DNA from: an uncultured Desulfatiglans sp.
GTDB taxonomy: Bacteria > Desulfobacterota > DSM-4660 > Desulfatiglandales > HGW-15
Direction: 5' to 3'
Length of the DNA: 60,963 nucleotides
Assembly (NCBI GenBank): GCA_964643755.1
Contig: CAZXUA010000005.1
Location: forward strand, 1 to 60,963
Below the pieces are notes generated by a model. It was not told where the DNA came from and searched no databases. It saw nothing but the letters and a program-made list of their open reading frames with translations. This document shows, in pieces, positions 58,214 through 60,963 of the stretch. The translations under genes were made by a program, and so were the position numbers. The first letter of the stretch is position 1, and each line of letters opens with the position of its first letter.

Positions 58214-58978
58214 ATGACAGAAACAGTCATCAAGATAGGGGGGAGTCTTCTTGAGGGAAATAATCTTGCCAAGTTATGCAGGAGGCTTGGAGACATAGGC
58301 AAGAGACACAGGATTATTATAATACCGGGTGGTGGCACCTTTGCAGATGAAGTAAGGATTTTATCAGAAAAATATAAAATCGATCAGGATACCGCCCACT
58401 GGATGGCCATCCTTGCCATGAATCAGTATGGTTATTTTTTATCATCAATGATTCCCGAAAGTGTCCCAGTTGAAAATATCGATGAGGCAAAGAAATATTT
58501 GGATAAGCTGAACCCCGTGGTACTTCTCCCATATCATCTGATCACAACATTAGACCCTCTTCCCCATTCCTGGGATGTAACTTCAGATTCAATTGCAGCA
58601 TGGATAACAGGATACCTTGGTGCTGAAAAGCTCATATTAGTAAAAAGTATTGATTTACTGAAAGAAAGAAGTCAAGACAGGGATTATAGAACCCCCGTTG
58701 ACATGGAAAGGTTAAAAGATACAAATATAGTTGACTCGATGTTCTATACAATAATTAAAGAAAATAAAATGCGATCAGAGGACAACTCCCTTTTGTCATT
58801 CCCGCCAAGGCGGGAATCTAAAAATCAGGCTATTACTTGGATTCCCGCCTGCGCGGGAATGACAAATAAAGAGAAAAAACCGAATCCCGGACAGCCTCAT
58901 GAAACCGGCCTGTGGGTTGTAAATGGCAATTATCCTGAGCAGTTAACCGGCTTGTTTGAATATTTCAAAATGGTTTGA
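58214..58978 (+). CDS. Amino-acid-kinase-fold protein (MfnE-like) carrying an in-frame 69-bp palindromic insertion
   Basis: VIKIGGSLL, IIPGGGTFAD and TSDSIAAW motifs. The C-terminal region contains SFPPRRESKNQAITWIPACAGMT, encoded by the repeat at 58795-58863. Confidence 0.65.
   Translation: MTETVIKIGGSLLEGNNLAKLCRRLGDIGKRHRIIIIPGGGTFADEVRILSEKYKIDQDTAHWMAILAMNQYGYFLSSMIPESVPVENIDEAKKYLDKLNPVVLLPYHLITTLDPLPHSWDVTSDSIAAWITGYLGAEKLILVKSIDLLKERSQDRDYRTPVDMERLKDTNIVDSMFYTIIKENKMRSEDNSLLSFPPRRESKNQAITWIPACAGMTNKEKKPNPGQPHETGLWVVNGNYPEQLTGLFEYFKMV
58795..58863. repeat. 69-bp MITE/REP-like palindromic element with 11-bp terminal inverted repeats (gtcattcccgc / gcgggaatgac) and two internal hairpins
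   Basis: Hairpins attcccgcc-aa-ggcgggaat (58798-58817) and attcccgc-ctgc-gcgggaat (58841-58860). The length equals 23 codons. Confidence 0.85.
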
Positions 58979-59078
58979 AACCTGAGTCATATCGATACTT
59001 CAATTCAAGATAAATAGAGATTTGCTTGACAATATAACCCTATTTATAGTACATTCTTGTCTAAAAAAGGGGTTTGTT

Positions 59079-60482
59079 ATGGACATTATCCCAAGATCCG
59101 CAGAAAAACATCTGGAAACATGGTATGGGAAAATTGGAAGGAAGCCGCTTGTCATAAGAGGCGCGAGACAGGTCGGCAAATCCACGCTGGTGCGCCAATT
59201 TGCCATAAACCATAATCTGGTATTAAATGAGATCAATCTGGAACGGTATCTTTATCTTGATAAAATATTCAAGTCACTGGATATGGATATTATTATCAGT
59301 GAACTGGATGCTTTGACCGGTAAAAATATCCTCGCTCCTGATTCTATATTATTTTTAGATGAGATCCAGGCAACTCCACATGCCATCCAGGCGCTCAGGT
59401 ATTTTTATGAAGACAAACCCTCATTAGCTGTTATATGCGCTGGTTCTTTGCTTGAATTCGCCCTGTCTGAACATACCTTTTCCATGCCGGTTGGTCGAAT
59501 TGAATATTATCACCTGGGGCCGGTTCAATTCAGTGAATTTCTTAATGTGGTTGATCCCAGTATAGCGCCTTACTGCTCCGGGTTTAATATTAATCAAAAA
59601 ATGGCTGAATCTGCACACAAAAAATTGCTTAAACGACAGCGCGAGTATCTGTTTGTAGGTGGCATGCCGGAAGCAGTGCATGCATATTCACAAAAGGGCC
59701 ATTTGGCAGATGTTACTGCCGTCCACAGATCTATTGCAGACACCTATCAGGATGATTTTTCAAAATACGCCAAGAAAAAAGATCTGGTTTTATTACAGAA
59801 GGTATTCAGGCAGATCCCTAGAATCATAGGGCAAAAGGTTAAATACAGCAATATCTCCAGAGAAGAGATATCAAGGGATGTCAAAGCGGTCATCGACCTT
59901 TTGGTGAAGGCGCGCATATGCCATCAGGTCTTTCACAGCCACTGCTCCGGTATTCCTTTGATGGCTGATATCAATGAGAAAATCTATAAACTGCTATTCA
60001 TGGATGTGGGAATGGCAGCTTATCTTACAGGGATTGACTGGACTTATTTGCAGGCACTGGAAGAAAACGCCCTTGTTAATGAAGGCAAGCTTGCAGAGCA
60101 GTTTGTTGGACAGCATTTGATAAAACCATTTGAACCTCCAGTATTGAACTATTGGCTTCGGGAAGCAAAAACCACCAATGCAGAGGTCGATTATGTTATT
60201 ACTAGCGGTAACCTGATAATCCCGGTTGAGGTTAAAGCCGGAAAAAGCGGTGCGTTAAAATCTCTTCAGCAATTTGCCCTGACCAAGCAGGCACCCATAT
60301 GTGTCCGGTTTGATTTAAATCCCCCGGATATTTTTAACATTAAACATTCTGTTCGTTTGAATAGTGGCAGCGCCCCGGTAACCTACACATTACTATCTCT
60401 TCCCCTGTATCTGGCTGAAGAGCTGCATAGGATAATTGAAGAAATAAGGTTATCTGGTTCTGAGTTATTAATGTCACAATGA
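59079..60482 (+). CDS. AAA-family ATPase with DUF4143-like C-terminal domain
   Basis: Walker A GARQVGKST and Walker B ILFLDEIQ. I prefer ATG 59079; a TTGACA-N18-TACATT promoter candidate lies at 59026-59055, inside the track ORF's 5' extension. Confidence 0.75.
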   Translation: MDIIPRSAEKHLETWYGKIGRKPLVIRGARQVGKSTLVRQFAINHNLVLNEINLERYLYLDKIFKSLDMDIIISELDALTGKNILAPDSILFLDEIQATPHAIQALRYFYEDKPSLAVICAGSLLEFALSEHTFSMPVGRIEYYHLGPVQFSEFLNVVDPSIAPYCSGFNINQKMAESAHKKLLKRQREYLFVGGMPEAVHAYSQKGHLADVTAVHRSIADTYQDDFSKYAKKKDLVLLQKVFRQIPRIIGQKVKYSNISREEISRDVKAVIDLLVKARICHQVFHSHCSGIPLMADINEKIYKLLFMDVGMAAYLTGIDWTYLQALEENALVNEGKLAEQFVGQHLIKPFEPPVLNYWLREAKTTNAEVDYVITSGNLIIPVEVKAGKSGALKSLQQFALTKQAPICVRFDLNPPDIFNIKHSVRLNSGSAPVTYTLLSLPLYLAEELHRIIEEIRLSGSELLMSQ

Positions 60483-60698
60483 GAGAATTGATCTATGTTT
60501 GTAAAGGTTAGCGCCCTTTTAAATTGTGGTAAAACGAGAGGAATAGAATTCGCAGGAGGTGAATAATAAAATGAAAAATTAGCATTAGTTTTTACCATTA
60601 TTCTTTTCATGGGTTGTGCAAACAAAGCAAAGTACGAATTACAAATGTGGCCTAAAAATATCGCATAAGAAATCCCATTCGAAAAAGGTTTAATCCTA

Positions 60699-60917
60699 AT
60701 GAAAGAAGATGCCATAAAGATTATGCTTCTATTCAAAAGAAAACCACTTGCAAAATTCTTCATGACTGATACATATGAAACTTTGCATGTATATATTATG
60801 TCAAATAAATATTCGACCGAAGGAGACACTAAATTTTTAGAAAACCCAAAAAATTTTTTTGTTAGAGTACAAATGAATGGCTCACATGGTTTTATGGATG
60901 ACAACTCTATTCAGTAA
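60699..60917 (+). CDS. Hypothetical protein in the AT-rich contig end
   Basis: 72-aa ORF only; weak RBS; no recognisable family. Confidence 0.2.
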   Translation: MKEDAIKIMLLFKRKPLAKFFMTDTYETLHVYIMSNKYSTEGDTKFLENPKNFFVRVQMNGSHGFMDDNSIQ

Positions 60918-60963
60918 TTTCCGGTTAAGAAGTTGCATAGCACGAGTCCTGGTATAATGTGCG

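Noticed and set aside
60383-60904. 173-aa minus-strand ORF at the contig end
   Set aside because: It overlaps the 3' end of the AAA ATPase gene and the AT-rich tail. Its composition (Ile/Phe/Ser/Asn) is typical of random ORFs in AT-rich DNA, and it has no motifs.
1-60963. CRISPR arrays, tRNA/rRNA genes, transposases, integrases or prophage blocks
   Set aside because: I saw no regularly spaced direct repeats of 25-40 bp, no tRNA-like T-arm or acceptor patterns, and no ORF with DDE, tyrosine-recombinase or serine-recombinase motifs. The only repeats are short palindromic or REP-like elements. A tRNA or ncRNA scan by software could still find something I missed.

Overview
This 60,963-bp contig probably comes from an uncultured anaerobic diderm bacterium. 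A Desulfobacterota- or Nitrospirota-like origin is only an inference, based on gene content and the many short GC-rich palindromic repeats.

Content in order:
- 1-47: synthetic Illumina adapter and index, which truncates an RseC-family gene.
- 482-4972 (minus): a membrane-anchored tetraheme cytochrome c followed by rnfCDGEA, with no rnfB.
- 5.3-13 kb: cupin, MFS transporter, nadA, a DUF4258/YgiT-like toxin-antitoxin pair, and mfd translationally coupled to a GST.
- 13.1-20.2 kb: an AT-rich accessory stretch. It holds a small Zn-ribbon protein, a VapB-like antitoxin with a non-PIN partner, a methyltransferase remnant, an EndoQ-like/UvrD fusion helicase coupled to a PflX-like radical SAM enzyme, and a nucleotidyltransferase-fold pair.
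- 20.2-30 kb: fmdE-family gene, then ftsH-folP-coaX-ldcA, mlaEFDC-mlaA, cspA and a CMD-family gene.
- 30-33.6 kb: a small accessory island. It holds mazEF, a DUF559 endonuclease bracketed by G-rich hairpins, and a decayed TPR/FGE-sulfatase gene whose C-terminus resembles a DGR variable region.
- 33.7-53 kb (minus): a complete dcw cluster, mraZ-rsmH-ftsL-ftsI-murE-murF-[receiver]-mraY-murD-ftsW-murG-murC-murB-ftsQ-ftsA-ftsZ, followed by a radical SAM gene.
- 53.6-60.9 kb: DUF2333-like gene, GH3 lipoprotein, an MfnF/MfnE-like pair, a DUF4143 AAA ATPase, and an AT-rich end.

I found no rRNA, tRNA, CRISPR array, transposase, integrase or reverse transcriptase.

The most notable items are:
- a 69-bp palindromic element inserted in-frame in the MfnE-like kinase;
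- a DGR-VR-like codon pattern in a pseudogenised FGE-domain gene;
- a stand-alone receiver domain overlapping both murF and mraY;
- the EndoQ-UvrD fusion coupled to a radical SAM enzyme;
- at least five unrelated short repeat families in intergenic regions.

All functional calls rest on motif and family recognition by eye from the translated ORFs. No database search was run.
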